A stretch of 64,000 nucleotides of DNA, from NCBI GenBank assembly GCA_002104905.1, contig MCFE01000360.1:1-64000 (forward strand), read 5' to 3'. The notes beneath the pieces are model-generated. The model was not told the DNA's origin, did no database searches, and worked only from the letters and a program-made list of their open reading frames with translations. Origin of the DNA: Basidiobolus meristosporus CBS 931.73 (Eukaryota > Fungi > Basidiobolomycota). Position 1 is the first letter of the stretch; each line of letters begins with the position of its first letter. Shown here piece by piece: positions 1-10,695 of this stretch. A program made the translations under genes and the position numbers.

Positions 1-75
1 ATGGGCGTGGTGGCGGCTGATTATGCAAGTACTGCAGACAGCTTTACCAAGCCGCTCATATGACTTGGGCTGTGA
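1..75 (+). mobile_element. Possible relic of the C-terminal end of a Ty1/copia RNase H
   Basis: Frame 1 reads GVVAADYASTADSFTKPLI*LGL*. This resembles the copia pol terminus (L.Y..T..Q.AD.FTKPL......LGL*) with deletions. Short match only. Confidence 0.35.
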
Positions 76-421
76 TGATGTATGCTTTGTGATTTCCAAT
101 TCTTAACATTGGCCGTAAGTTAAAGATTCGTACTTTGAAAGTTCACCCCCAAACCGTACACATGTACCCTCCGATCGGGAGTGTAGATTCTAACAGCAGC
201 TAGATGAATTAGATCAGTGGGCTTTGGCGTATGATTAGATGCTACATAGACGTATCACTTTAAGTGGAGATCGTTGAAACATCCACTAATGCGCATCATG
301 AAATACGAAATGCTGTTGCGTGAATACACTACTTCGAACGAGCCATAAATTTTCTGATTTTTATAAAATTCCATTAATTTCTGTTTGCAATACTCAGCTC
401 TTTAAGTATGGACCGTAAAAA

Positions 422-493
422 TCCCTACTGCCAGGATTGAACTGGCGACCTTCAGTTTACGAGACTGACGCGCTACCACTGCGCTAAGCAGGC
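422..493 (-). tRNA. tRNA-Thr, anticodon CGU, no intron
   Basis: Reverse complement is GCCTGCT TA GCGC AGTGGTA GCGC G TCAGT CTCGTAA ACTGA AGGTC GCCAG TTCAATC CTGGC AGTAGGG A. D, anticodon and T stems pair fully. A-box/B-box are intact and TTTTT follows directly. Position 1:72 is G:G. Confidence 0.9.
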
Positions 494-839
494 GAGTTTG
501 ATCGGGGATTAAAGTAAATCATATAACACAACTAAAATATAATCGCAAAACCTGTAACACGAAACTGAACAAAAAGCACTCTTTGAAAGAATTGACTGTG
601 AGTAACAGCTTCTTCCACTCACAACTGGGGACAATCTTTGTGAAAAAACACTAGTTCAGAGTAGATTCACACTGGCAGGGGAGGTTGTCATGTTGCTCGA
701 GGAAATACAACTACCTGAACTATTACTTGCTTGGGAACCGGCAGATGAAACGAGTTTCAACAGATCATATTGGTCAATGGATGTTGAAGTAAAGCTATCA
801 CTTTTATCATGATTTTCAGGCTAATTGAAATTTAGCCAC

Positions 840-2960
840 TTGTATATATTTTCACCAATGTGATTATGAACGAGATGTTGACATGGATAGTTGTTTATTG
901 CTGCCCAAGTTAAGAATACTTATGGACAGAACATAAATAGGAATCAGCAAACATTGAACATTGATGGAAGTAACATTTGGTCAAGTAATCATGTGTTTCA
1001 ACAGAGACATGGTATAAACATGGATACCAGGGGAAATATTGTATAATCCACCCAAGGAATTTGGCAACATACCCATAAACTAGTATTACCAGCAAGCCAG
1101 CTCAGAATGCATAAGCTATTTGTGATGATGTGATTCAACCCAAAAGTAACCAATTGGAGGAGTTCAGAATGATGAATCTGGCTCATAGCCAATAACCACA
1201 TCTAACTGGCAGCTAAAAACTCAAAGCAGCTTTCTCAATGCACAAGTTAATTAGTGTATCAGTCTAAATAGAGTTGACACCATCTTTGGTACGTCAAGGG
1301 ACTTAAATAGTGTGTGAGCTTCATTAGCTCTTCACCTTCTCACAGGCTCCAATCAATATTCATATACATATGTGACAATACAAATGCATAGACTGGATGA
1401 ACTGGATATGTATTTATTTAAGTGGAGTTCTGAAGCCATTCCTACCAAAAGTACATTGGAAGCATTGGGAGTCAATTGTGGACATTGTAGGAATATTTAT
1501 CCAGAAGAGGATCACCAATGCCAACTTGATGCATCTACAGCTGTTGTGCAAGGAGTTTGTGATGGGTTTTTAGCGGCTATACTACTAACATAAAGCTGAA
1601 CATGTAGATCTCTGCTGCTACTGTATCCATTCTCTACTTCATCTTGCATAGCATGTGGAGAATATTGGGCCTTGCTTCACCTTCTGGGAGTTTCCTTTGG
1701 AGCAGATGTGTTAGGGGATAGGAAGACAAGTCAGGTTGCAGGTACTACCATATGGCAATCTCATCAAGAATATTACCTTCAAGTCTGTCATGGATGTGAC
1801 AAGTAGGCACATGGAGGACAGCCAGGAAGAGTTGGAAGATACTGAGGACAGATGTGCACATGGAGACACCAATGCCTATGGCATTAAGAAGCTAAGCAGC
1901 CCCAATGCATGGGTAATTAGTTAAGTAATGCAAAGTTGGGTTGGTTGCAACAAGCAACTACTTTCTATTAGGAAAATCTACTAAGGTATGCCAGATTTCT
2001 CATGATCACCAGCCAACTTCTGCACCGTTCAATACAGAATTCACACAAACAAGATCCAGTGGGCACCTACAAGGGGGACTAGATCCAGCAGGGAGAAGGA
2101 ATATATTGGCTAAATGAATGTTTAGGTGGAAATACAAATTTTTACAACAGAAGTGGCAACAACCAAGAATATATTTGCATGATGTATATGTTACCAGCAG
2201 TACAAGGTATATGACAACTTTGCAAGTATCTCACTAAAAAGCCATAAAGTTGAGGAAATAGAAGTATGTCAATTGCTGCAGGTGTGCACATTTGTAGAGG
2301 TTAGTAAGCAGCAGGCCATAGTTTTTTTTTTGATTCAAACTATATGTGGAATACCCAAGGTAGTAGTGGGTACACAAATAAAGGGGGGTGATTCTACAGT
2401 GGAATATATGAATTGCACAAGGGGAGGTAGAAAAAGGAAATACCATTTGGTAAATTGGTATGGTAGCATCAAACAGAACTAGCTGAAGGCCACCATACTG
2501 CTGTTATAATGCCATCAGAATCTTGCTGTGAGGCCATTGAAATACTATCAAGATTTTGCCATATAAGGCATTTGGATGTCCTGACTGGTTGGATCCATTT
2601 AAATAGTTGTAGAGCACAATAAGACTGCAACAATTCTATGCAGTTATTGTCACAGCACCAATTAAATCCAGTCATATTTATAACTTTATTTGGCAGTAAA
2701 ATTAGCAAAATGCCGTTGTGATCCCATCATAAGATTGTTTAGAGGGTCACTAATTCCAAGCTGCTGGTATTGTGATAATCTCTACACAGGATCCTGACAG
2801 CTGATCCAGATAGGATCCACATGCAGGACCAAATTATTTTTCATAGGGTCTTTTTCAACAACTATTGCACAGTGCTCTAATGGCATAAATACCTCTAGGT
2901 CACAGCATTTATATTTTGTGATGGCCTTCTGACAGGTTCATCACAGTTGCTTTCATAGGG
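840..2960 (+). mobile_element. Decayed CACTA/En-Spm-like DNA transposon, copy 1 (right part)
   Basis: ~1345-2850 aligns by eye with ~57088-58597; compare ORFs 1372/57085, 1736/57398 and 2273/57897. It ends in AATTATTTTTCATAGGG (2832-2848), the exact reverse complement of 54710-54726. A further ~100 bp inverted end copy runs to 2960. CpG-poor. Left boundary approximate. Confidence 0.7.
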
Positions 2961-4599
2961 TATTCTGCAAGTATTGCAACATTTTTTCATAGTATTTGAC
3001 TATTGTTTTTCCACCAACATTAAATTGCAATATTTGATAGAAGTAGTGAGCAGTTGATTACCAAATTGGGCTTGAATGCTTGTGGGCCTAGTCTTCTCCC
3101 GGAAATTATGTATCCCTCTCTGCCTAATGGCTAGAGCCAGAGATATTGCCAGTAATCAGTTTTGGCAAGCTTGGAATTCAGCTGAGATTAAGACAGTATT
3201 CTGCTATCACTATTATCACTGTTACTACCCCCCTTCCTACTGAACAGTGTCTTGAGCACTAATGTGTTATCATCTCTTCTAATTAACTTACCTACCAATT
3301 CCCCCCAGCTACACACTTATATCATAGCTACAATAGTACCACTGACTTCTTTGTTTCAACTCAATAAAATATTTCATCAATTGGTGACTGTCTGTTCACC
3401 CCCCCCCCTTAGCTCCCCAAGTCTACTGGCCATTCTGGACCCAAACCAGATACCACAAATTAGCTCAACTCACTATGGATTTACTCCAATTTCACTGCTT
3501 ATACCAGGCTTTCCAGGAAACCTATCTCAGACCTAGCTGACTTGAAATTGCTGAACCACCCAGTTCTCTACTCTCAGACCTGGCTTACCAGGAAGACATC
3601 TCTCAGACCTATCTTTTTAGTATTAACTTTGGATTAACTTGGCTACTTTTGATACTTGTTGTAATTAAATGAATAATTCACCATCTGGTGGCTATCACTC
3701 CCTTTACATTTACATTTCATTATATCAGGCATTGTATTCTAATTTTGATATCAAACTTATGATCCACAACTACCTGTTAGTTTGTGAAATTTAAATGTGG
3801 TATTTCAACCATTAGGAGTCTTCATTGATTGAATAGCTAAAATATGTTACCAAGGTAACAAGATGTTGTGCAGTAGAAAAAAGGTCATCTGAATGAGCTT
3901 CAAAAATTCAATTCCAAGGGTTCACTGCGTAACAGATTAGGAACCTAAGAAGCTTAATATAAATGAATAATCAATTGCGAAGCTAATCCATTTCAACATC
4001 ACAAACTTATTGATTATTGCACCCATAGTGCTCACAAGCCCTTGTTTGATATGGAGTAAATCAGCATTAATCTCTACAAAGCGGGAGTCCTTTTTTGCAT
4101 TTCCCATGACTCCAAAGTATATACTATGGCAGCAGCTATGTGGTATTAAAGTGTTTCCAGATATGTATTAAAAAATCAATATTGAGGTGCAGTTTGATTT
4201 CGGCTAAATCTGTCTAAGATATATAGACTTTATGGTGTAACCACCAAATCTGTTTCAGAGCTAAGCGTTTGAAGGCAGTGTGACGTTTTTCTTGCCAACT
4301 TGAATTTCATTGCTCTGGTAGGAGTTACAAAGCTATCCGGTCGAGCTTAAATATATATCGGACTTGGGTGTTTCACTGCTCTCCATACGTTGGTTTTACC
4401 TCGACTAAACCTCTAGCAAGCAATGACATTTCCATCAACTGTAGCGCTTTATATTGTACATCATTTTAGAGTACTTTTATGATGTTTAAAAGCCTGCCCA
4501 AGCCATATTAGGTATTGCTCGTGCATAAATGATTTATGTGTATCCATCGCTTGCAGCCAATTTCGATCTGGCATTGGAGTGCTCTACCTTAATTTTAAA

Positions 4600-7000
4600 C
4601 TTGTACTGGTTCCTGTTTCAGGTATTGAACTCAGCAATACATCCTGGCTGGATGATGGAATATGGTGTTCTGTCTTACCCATGCATCATGACCAGTGTTT
4701 ACCTCAGACAAGGAGAAGTACTTACGGTACATGTCCACTCCACTAATCAGCACGCTAGGGTCACTTTTGATTTCAATTTGTCTTGGAAAATACAGGCACA
4801 TCTGTGATTAAGATCTACTCCTTATAGATCTGTCGCCCCTTAGAAATCTATAAACTATACACTTCAAGGGAGATGGAACTTCCAAAAAACTTCAACTTTG
4901 TTTAGTATTCCAGTTGCTTCCGATAGTTGGGCTTTCTACCAGCCTCTAGCTATATCTCGATATAAAGCTTACCCCATTAGATATGCCCCTTACTAGAATT
5001 ATATCATTCACCAAAAGCAAGCGCTTGGGGGCGTCAATTGCTCAACTAGAGTTGTAACTACTCAGTTGAAACGTTAGAACAGCTTGACCCTTCCGTGACA
5101 CAAAATGCCAGAAGCAAGCATGTTCCCTTAATCGACTAGTTGTGGGCCAATCAAGAATATTTGTGGGCAAGTAAGAGGAATGAAGCCTTTCAATCGTCTC
5201 ATCCATAGCTTGAAATCAGTTTGTATTCTCTTAGCATGGCGTGAAAAGCAACTTGGAGCAATGTTAGGCTCAAGTAGTCATCAGAAGCCCGGCAAAAGGC
5301 TGGTTACCTTCGTACAACTATAGAAATTTTATCAATTTGCATCATTTGAAGAATTCTAAAGAATTGTCTATGCTCCAATGGATTCCACAAGTTTCATACC
5401 GATGTATCGTATATATTCCTAGGTATCATTACAATACAACCTTAATTTGGCGACGTCTAATAATGTTCAAGTTGTGGGTTGTACCCTTATCTATATTGAA
5501 TTTTACAAGGATTGATAGTATTCTATATGGTGTATAGTGCTATATATATATTCGTGTGGAAACCTTAGGAAGCCTATTGTCACATTAAGTAAATCCTCAG
5601 GGATATTCGGAGGTGAGAACCCGATCAATATAGTTATGAATACTGAATTGATTACTGGCCCATATTGTCTGCAATGCAGAGTATGGAATAGTTTTGAAAC
5701 GATGCTAAATCGCATGTGTAACCTCGGGCCAAACCTTATTGACTGTGGGTCTCAATCATGTCTACCATATAAATTATTACTTTGGGGGTATCCGCATTTG
5801 TATCATAAAAGGTAAAATAAAGTGTTGCTCCTCTTTACCATATATCTACATATAATCTTATAAAGAAGTGGCAACATTGACTACTAGGGAAGTATATACC
5901 GCTCCCTCACTTCTATAATCCACCTATAGCAGGTTACGTTGACTGATAAAGTGATACTTGAATGATGGGTTCTTGATGGTGGGAGCCTCAGTAACTGGAG
6001 TAGCAATCGCTTGCTTTAATTGGTGATTTCCTTCTAACTCGTAGTAATATAGGCTTTATGTGCTTGTATATAGTGTAATTAGGCCAAGCCAGATACTGCA
6101 CGAACGTGGTTAAATTACGTCTATAGCTTTGATGGACAATAAATCGTGCGAACTAAACAGGCGGTCACATGCTCCAGCAATGTCATTATATAACATTAGC
6201 TCAACTATCGTGGCATGTACACATTTGGATATTTATACCAACTTTGGGACAAGAAATTAAGGGAGTTTGTGTGGGAAAGGCAATCGAAGCTCAGAAAAGG
6301 AATTACAAGCGGGATCTGATTTGCGGGAAAATGGCGTGTATATAATCATTCATCTGTCGCCATATATGGGGTGGGGGCACACGTAAATACTCTAACATCA
6401 TTAAGGTTTAGTATGTAACTCCTAGAGCAACCTTATCTCTAATTGATTCTGGCGGCGGGCCCAGCTTTTCATCAGAGCCATGAATGGCAATGAATAGCAA
6501 GGCTGGTAAAGAAAAAAGGAGTCAATTTCAGCCTAGAACTGTGGTCAGAAGGCTTAATAAGGCAGGTGCTGTAAGGTTCCTTCATGAGATCATTTCATCT
6601 CTGGTCACCCCGTATGAACACAACCAAAAAATGAAATATTGGCAGCATCTTCTAATTAGAAAAGCTACATATGTACACGGGATACTCATTCCTAAGTTTC
6701 TTCTCAAAGTCTATTTATTACTGCTACACAAGCTCGCTAAGGTTTTTGTTCGGCGAATTCGCTCACAATTAGAAGGTAGTCGATCAACGGTCGTAAATGC
6801 CAATTTGAAATAGTGATCCCGGTTTCATTAGGTAGGGGACGCCAGTTCTTAATCATAGTAAAGAACATTCTGTCATATTTCGATGGTAATGCATGGTCTA
6901 TGATTGGTGATGAATACTATTACATTGATATTGTAAATGGTATTTTTTTGCCTGAGCTCTTTCCTTTTCTAATCACAATGGAAAAATCATGAATCCAATT
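4600..7000 (-). mobile_element. Highly decayed Ty3/gypsy pol relic (RT, RNase H linker, integrase)
   Basis: Minus-strand motifs occur in pol order across frameshifts: FKLAFTT (6783-6809, cf. KTAF.T), GLA-NY (~6080), QLKQAIATPVTEAPTIKNPSFKYHFI...VDYRSEGAV (~5900-6025, cf. LKQALT.APVL..PDF.KPFI.TDASDYA.GAV) and CFWHFVSRKGQAVLTF (~5070-5120). Boundaries approximate. Confidence 0.5.
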
Positions 7001-7895
7001 TGACATTGGCATGCTCCATGATCAAGGAGTGTAGTATTACTTGCATGAACGTGTAGTTCATGTTAACTCCAAAGGCAAAGTAATGTTAATACCTTGGTAA
7101 ATACACCAGGTATGGATATTACATTCATTGTAGCTTTGAGCAGGTAGCCGAATCGATAGCTCAACACTGGCGGGTCAAATCGACGGTCCCGACACGTGAG
7201 GGCGCTTGGGTTTAGCGGCCGTATGAATTAAGGAAGCCAATATCGATATTAAAATGGAAAACCAGGTGACGATAGTGGAACAAACTCCTAGTATTTGAGT
7301 AGAAACTTAGTTCCTTGTATTTTATATACATATTTTTATACATTTTGATCAAGATTAGCGCCAGAAGTCCCACTACGGTTTGCATCGATTGGTTGTGTTT
7401 TGGGACTTCCCTTGCGATTTATCATCCAAATTGCCAATTCTCCAGCCAATTCGTATATAGCCATATAGAGTTGGGATTGTTATATCTGTTTATGTACAAC
7501 CACTGATGTAAAAGATGCGGAATTCGACACAGGTGATAATGATAACTCTATCATGAGCACTGATTCGTTTTGGAATTCTCTCATGGGTGACTCGGGGTTT
7601 TTTAGGCTTCCCCAATTGGGATGAACCCAACAATGAACATCTCATTCAACAACTTAATCTTAAACAGTTTCGGGTGAGTGATCTTGGGATTCCGACCTTG
7701 TTGACTAACAATGGTGCTGGAAATCTAACTGGTCTTGCTCGCCAAATTAGCATGATTATTAGAAGATTGGCTGATAAATGACATAATATCGAAAGTGGGG
7801 ATTTTGCCAACGCTATTTAAATGAGCAAGGATTCGTTTATTGCTTTATATTTTCCCTTTTACTCTAACTCCTCTTTTCAACACAAGTAGAATACC

Positions 7896-9008
7896 ATGAG
7901 TCTCCCGCATGCTCCCACCAATGTTTATACACAATATTCACATGTACCTCCTAACGGTCAAACCTCATCGAGCCATTTGACCACTGTGCCCTCTGGATTA
8001 GCTGGGAATAGCTATACAACATCCTCTATTCAGCCTGCCTCTACGAATCCACACCCAGAAAACAAACCACCAGGGGAAGTACCAAAAGCTAAATCAGAAA
8101 AAAACTCTCTACAGAGCAAAATCATCAGCCGAAAACTCAAGGGATACCTTTTCGAAGACTCTATTCGAGAGTTCAATCCCGAAAAATTGTACAAAACAAA
8201 GGAATCCCGCAAACGTGAATCGTACAAAGTTCATGGTGTGAATATCCTCAATCGGGATGATCTTGATAGCAAAACTGCGATCGAAAGGTTGCAGAAGAGG
8301 AGGGCTCAGCACAATCGTGTAGAGCGACGAAGACGTGATATGATAAACAATGCTATTGAGGAGCTGTCTGAAATCATTCCTAACGCTCAACAGGATAGAT
8401 TTGCTAGAAGTAACGTCCTACGCCTTGCCATCGATTACATCAGGGATCTACAAGCCGAAGCAGATCACCTACGTCAAGAGAATGCAACTCTCAAAACCAC
8501 ACGACCTGTAGTACCACGACTTGACCCTGCTAAGAAGCCACCGACCATCGTTATAAATCCCATAAGTAGTCAAAGTATCCCACAGCTTCAGCCCGACATT
8601 TCCCCTAGTCTCTCCCCTGGTTGGGACCAAGAGCCCAAGAGTCCTTTGACATTGCCGTATGGATTAGTTGGAAATTCTGATCATCAAATTCATATGACTT
8701 CACCAACAGGGTTCTCAAATGATTTGGCACGCCAAGCTGAAAAGCAAAGACTCCTATCACTACCATCCCGGATCTCCCAGCCCATCCACAGCACAGCCCC
8801 TCCAGCAGCAGTAAGCCAGAATATTGTAGGAGCCCCGGAACAGCCTAGATACTCACATCACCATACTCGACACATGTCCATCCCTAACGCATCCATGTCG
8901 GCACTAAGTCTTGCCCCCCCACTAACTCATCAGAATTATCACTCAGCGCCATCCTCACCTCACGACTGTCCGCAATACAACCAGCATGGATTCTTTTTCC
9001 ATCGCTAG
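7896..9008 (+). CDS. bHLH(-zipper) transcription factor, intronless, 370 aa
   Basis: HNRVERRRRDMINNAIEELSEIIP...RSNVLRLAIDYIRDLQAEADHLRQEN is a bHLH with H-E-R basic residues (CACGTG-binding class). Flanks are low-complexity and S/P/Q/H-rich. Confidence 0.9.
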   Translation: MSLPHAPTNVYTQYSHVPPNGQTSSSHLTTVPSGLAGNSYTTSSIQPASTNPHPENKPPGEVPKAKSEKNSLQSKIISRKLKGYLFEDSIREFNPEKLYKTKESRKRESYKVHGVNILNRDDLDSKTAIERLQKRRAQHNRVERRRRDMINNAIEELSEIIPNAQQDRFARSNVLRLAIDYIRDLQAEADHLRQENATLKTTRPVVPRLDPAKKPPTIVINPISSQSIPQLQPDISPSLSPGWDQEPKSPLTLPYGLVGNSDHQIHMTSPTGFSNDLARQAEKQRLLSLPSRISQPIHSTAPPAAVSQNIVGAPEQPRYSHHHTRHMSIPNASMSALSLAPPLTHQNYHSAPSSPHDCPQYNQHGFFFHR

Positions 9009-9340
9009 GCGGAGTATCGTTTGGCCAATGAGGAGCTGTAGAGGTTACGAGTAGAGCATCACCTATGAATATTGGCCAATCCATTGAAGATTCTTAGAAT
9101 TTTAAAACATCGCGAATGACGATGTTGTATTATAGTCGTCCATTTTTTCACTCATCAATTAGCGTTCCCAAGCAACTTTGGTCAGCCAAAGTGCTTGGAC
9201 ATCCCTCTGTCCTGATTGTATATTTTCTGGTATTCTGGAATTTGTCGAAATTAAAATATACCTTTGACCCAGATCAAGAGATCTTCCCACTGAATTTGGA
9301 TGGTGGTCGTCAAATGATTCGAAATACTACTGAGGAACAG

Positions 9341-9364
9341 CCCTAACCCTAACCCTAACCCCTA
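9341..9364 (+). repeat. Interstitial telomere-like tract (CCCTAA)3CCCCTA
   Basis: Directly read as ccctaaccctaaccctaacccctactag. Confidence 0.85.
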
Positions 9365-10695
9365 CTAGTCCGGTTGAACAAACAGAGCAATAGAAAATTG
9401 ATTTCATCTCGAGTACATGGAAATTCTAGTAATTCGAAAATGTCTTCGACGGAATTGGAGATATTCAAATGAATTACTGGTGGTACAATAGAAACTAAAG
9501 AAGCCATCTGTCACGTCCCCGGAACTTATCGGAAAAATGGTGGGAAATGCCACAATTGATTATAGGTACAGGAACAGGCTACTGCTAGAGGGTTTCTATA
9601 CAGGACTAGACAACATATGGCCGAACCATTCTCGCCATGCATTGCAGCATGGGGCTAGATAGCTAAAATAAGCATTGTAGGGAAGCAGCTATCAATGTGG
9701 ATTGGAAACATTTATTCTAGTACGTACTCACATGGTCTTGGGATGATGCTTGGTCATTAGAATAAGGAATCGCCAAAGGTGGGGGGACGAAGCAATGGAT
9801 AAGGATTAGGGGTGAGGACTGCTGCAATGGTATATGGGTCACCCTATCCTGCTAGATTAGGTAATCCCATTTCCATTAGGCGGAGTTTCCTCCATTTAGG
9901 GGGTGATTAATACATGATGATAATGATGTGCCAGAAGGATTGAATGGATTCATGTGGCCGTATATTTAACTGAGTTGCCGTAACAGTATAGGAATGGTGG
10001 GCATGAATTGGAGGAATGGAGATGAGAGCCACCAATCCAGCAGCTCCTTCCGAATCAATACAACAACCGGTAATGACCAGCTAGGTTACTGGTGATCAAG
10101 TTGATGCTGATCTTGGCTGACGAGTCTTTCCTTTCTGCTATTGGTATGTACGTACGTCGGCCGCCTTGGAATCGCCTTTTTGTTGACGCAGGCTAGCTTG
10201 GTTAGTTTCATTGCAATACATGCCGAGTACCATGCTGGGTAAAGGTGCATTGCCAACATCAGCATTTGTTCTGTTGGCTACACTCGCAATCACAAGGGAT
10301 CCATATTGGGTGCTGCATGTTTATTTATTTACGATATGCAGAGTAAGACTACTTGGTTCTGGTTTGTTAGAGAACAATGGTGTAATTGACTCAAAATATC
10401 GATATGCATGCGCTTCAAGATCAAACACCCATAGAATTATTTCGCCTTCTGCTTTATTCTACGGAATTTTGAGTCCACTCCTTGAACCCTTGCACATTCA
10501 GTAGATTTTTTCTGAGTGTCATCATTTGCCGTTACACAAAGGAGAAATCTCAGACAGCCAGGTTTAAGAATCACCGACTAATGGAGTCATGAAAAAAGAG
10601 GAGTGGACCTATTTAAACCGGTCGGGTTTAGTTGCCTAACATTTTACAAAGCTTTGGTCAACTCCATCTATGCAAACTTCTTTATCATATTTCAG

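Noticed and set aside
4801-5340. Plus-strand frame with 8 TAG but only 1 TAA and 1 TGA, suggesting TAG recoding or A-to-I stop repair
   Set aside because: Genuine genes in the window (bHLH, AKR, F-box) terminate with TAG. The frame has no recognisable family, and the opposite strand carries gypsy pol motifs that explain the region.
7020-7040. GATCAAG..GTGTAGTAT resembling the U2 snRNA branch-pairing region
   Set aside because: It has an insertion relative to U2 and lacks the flanking stem I and Sm site. It lies at the edge of a retroelement relic.
7193-7198. CACGTG E-box 700 bp upstream of the bHLH gene (autoregulation)
   Set aside because: A single hexamer is expected by chance every few kb.
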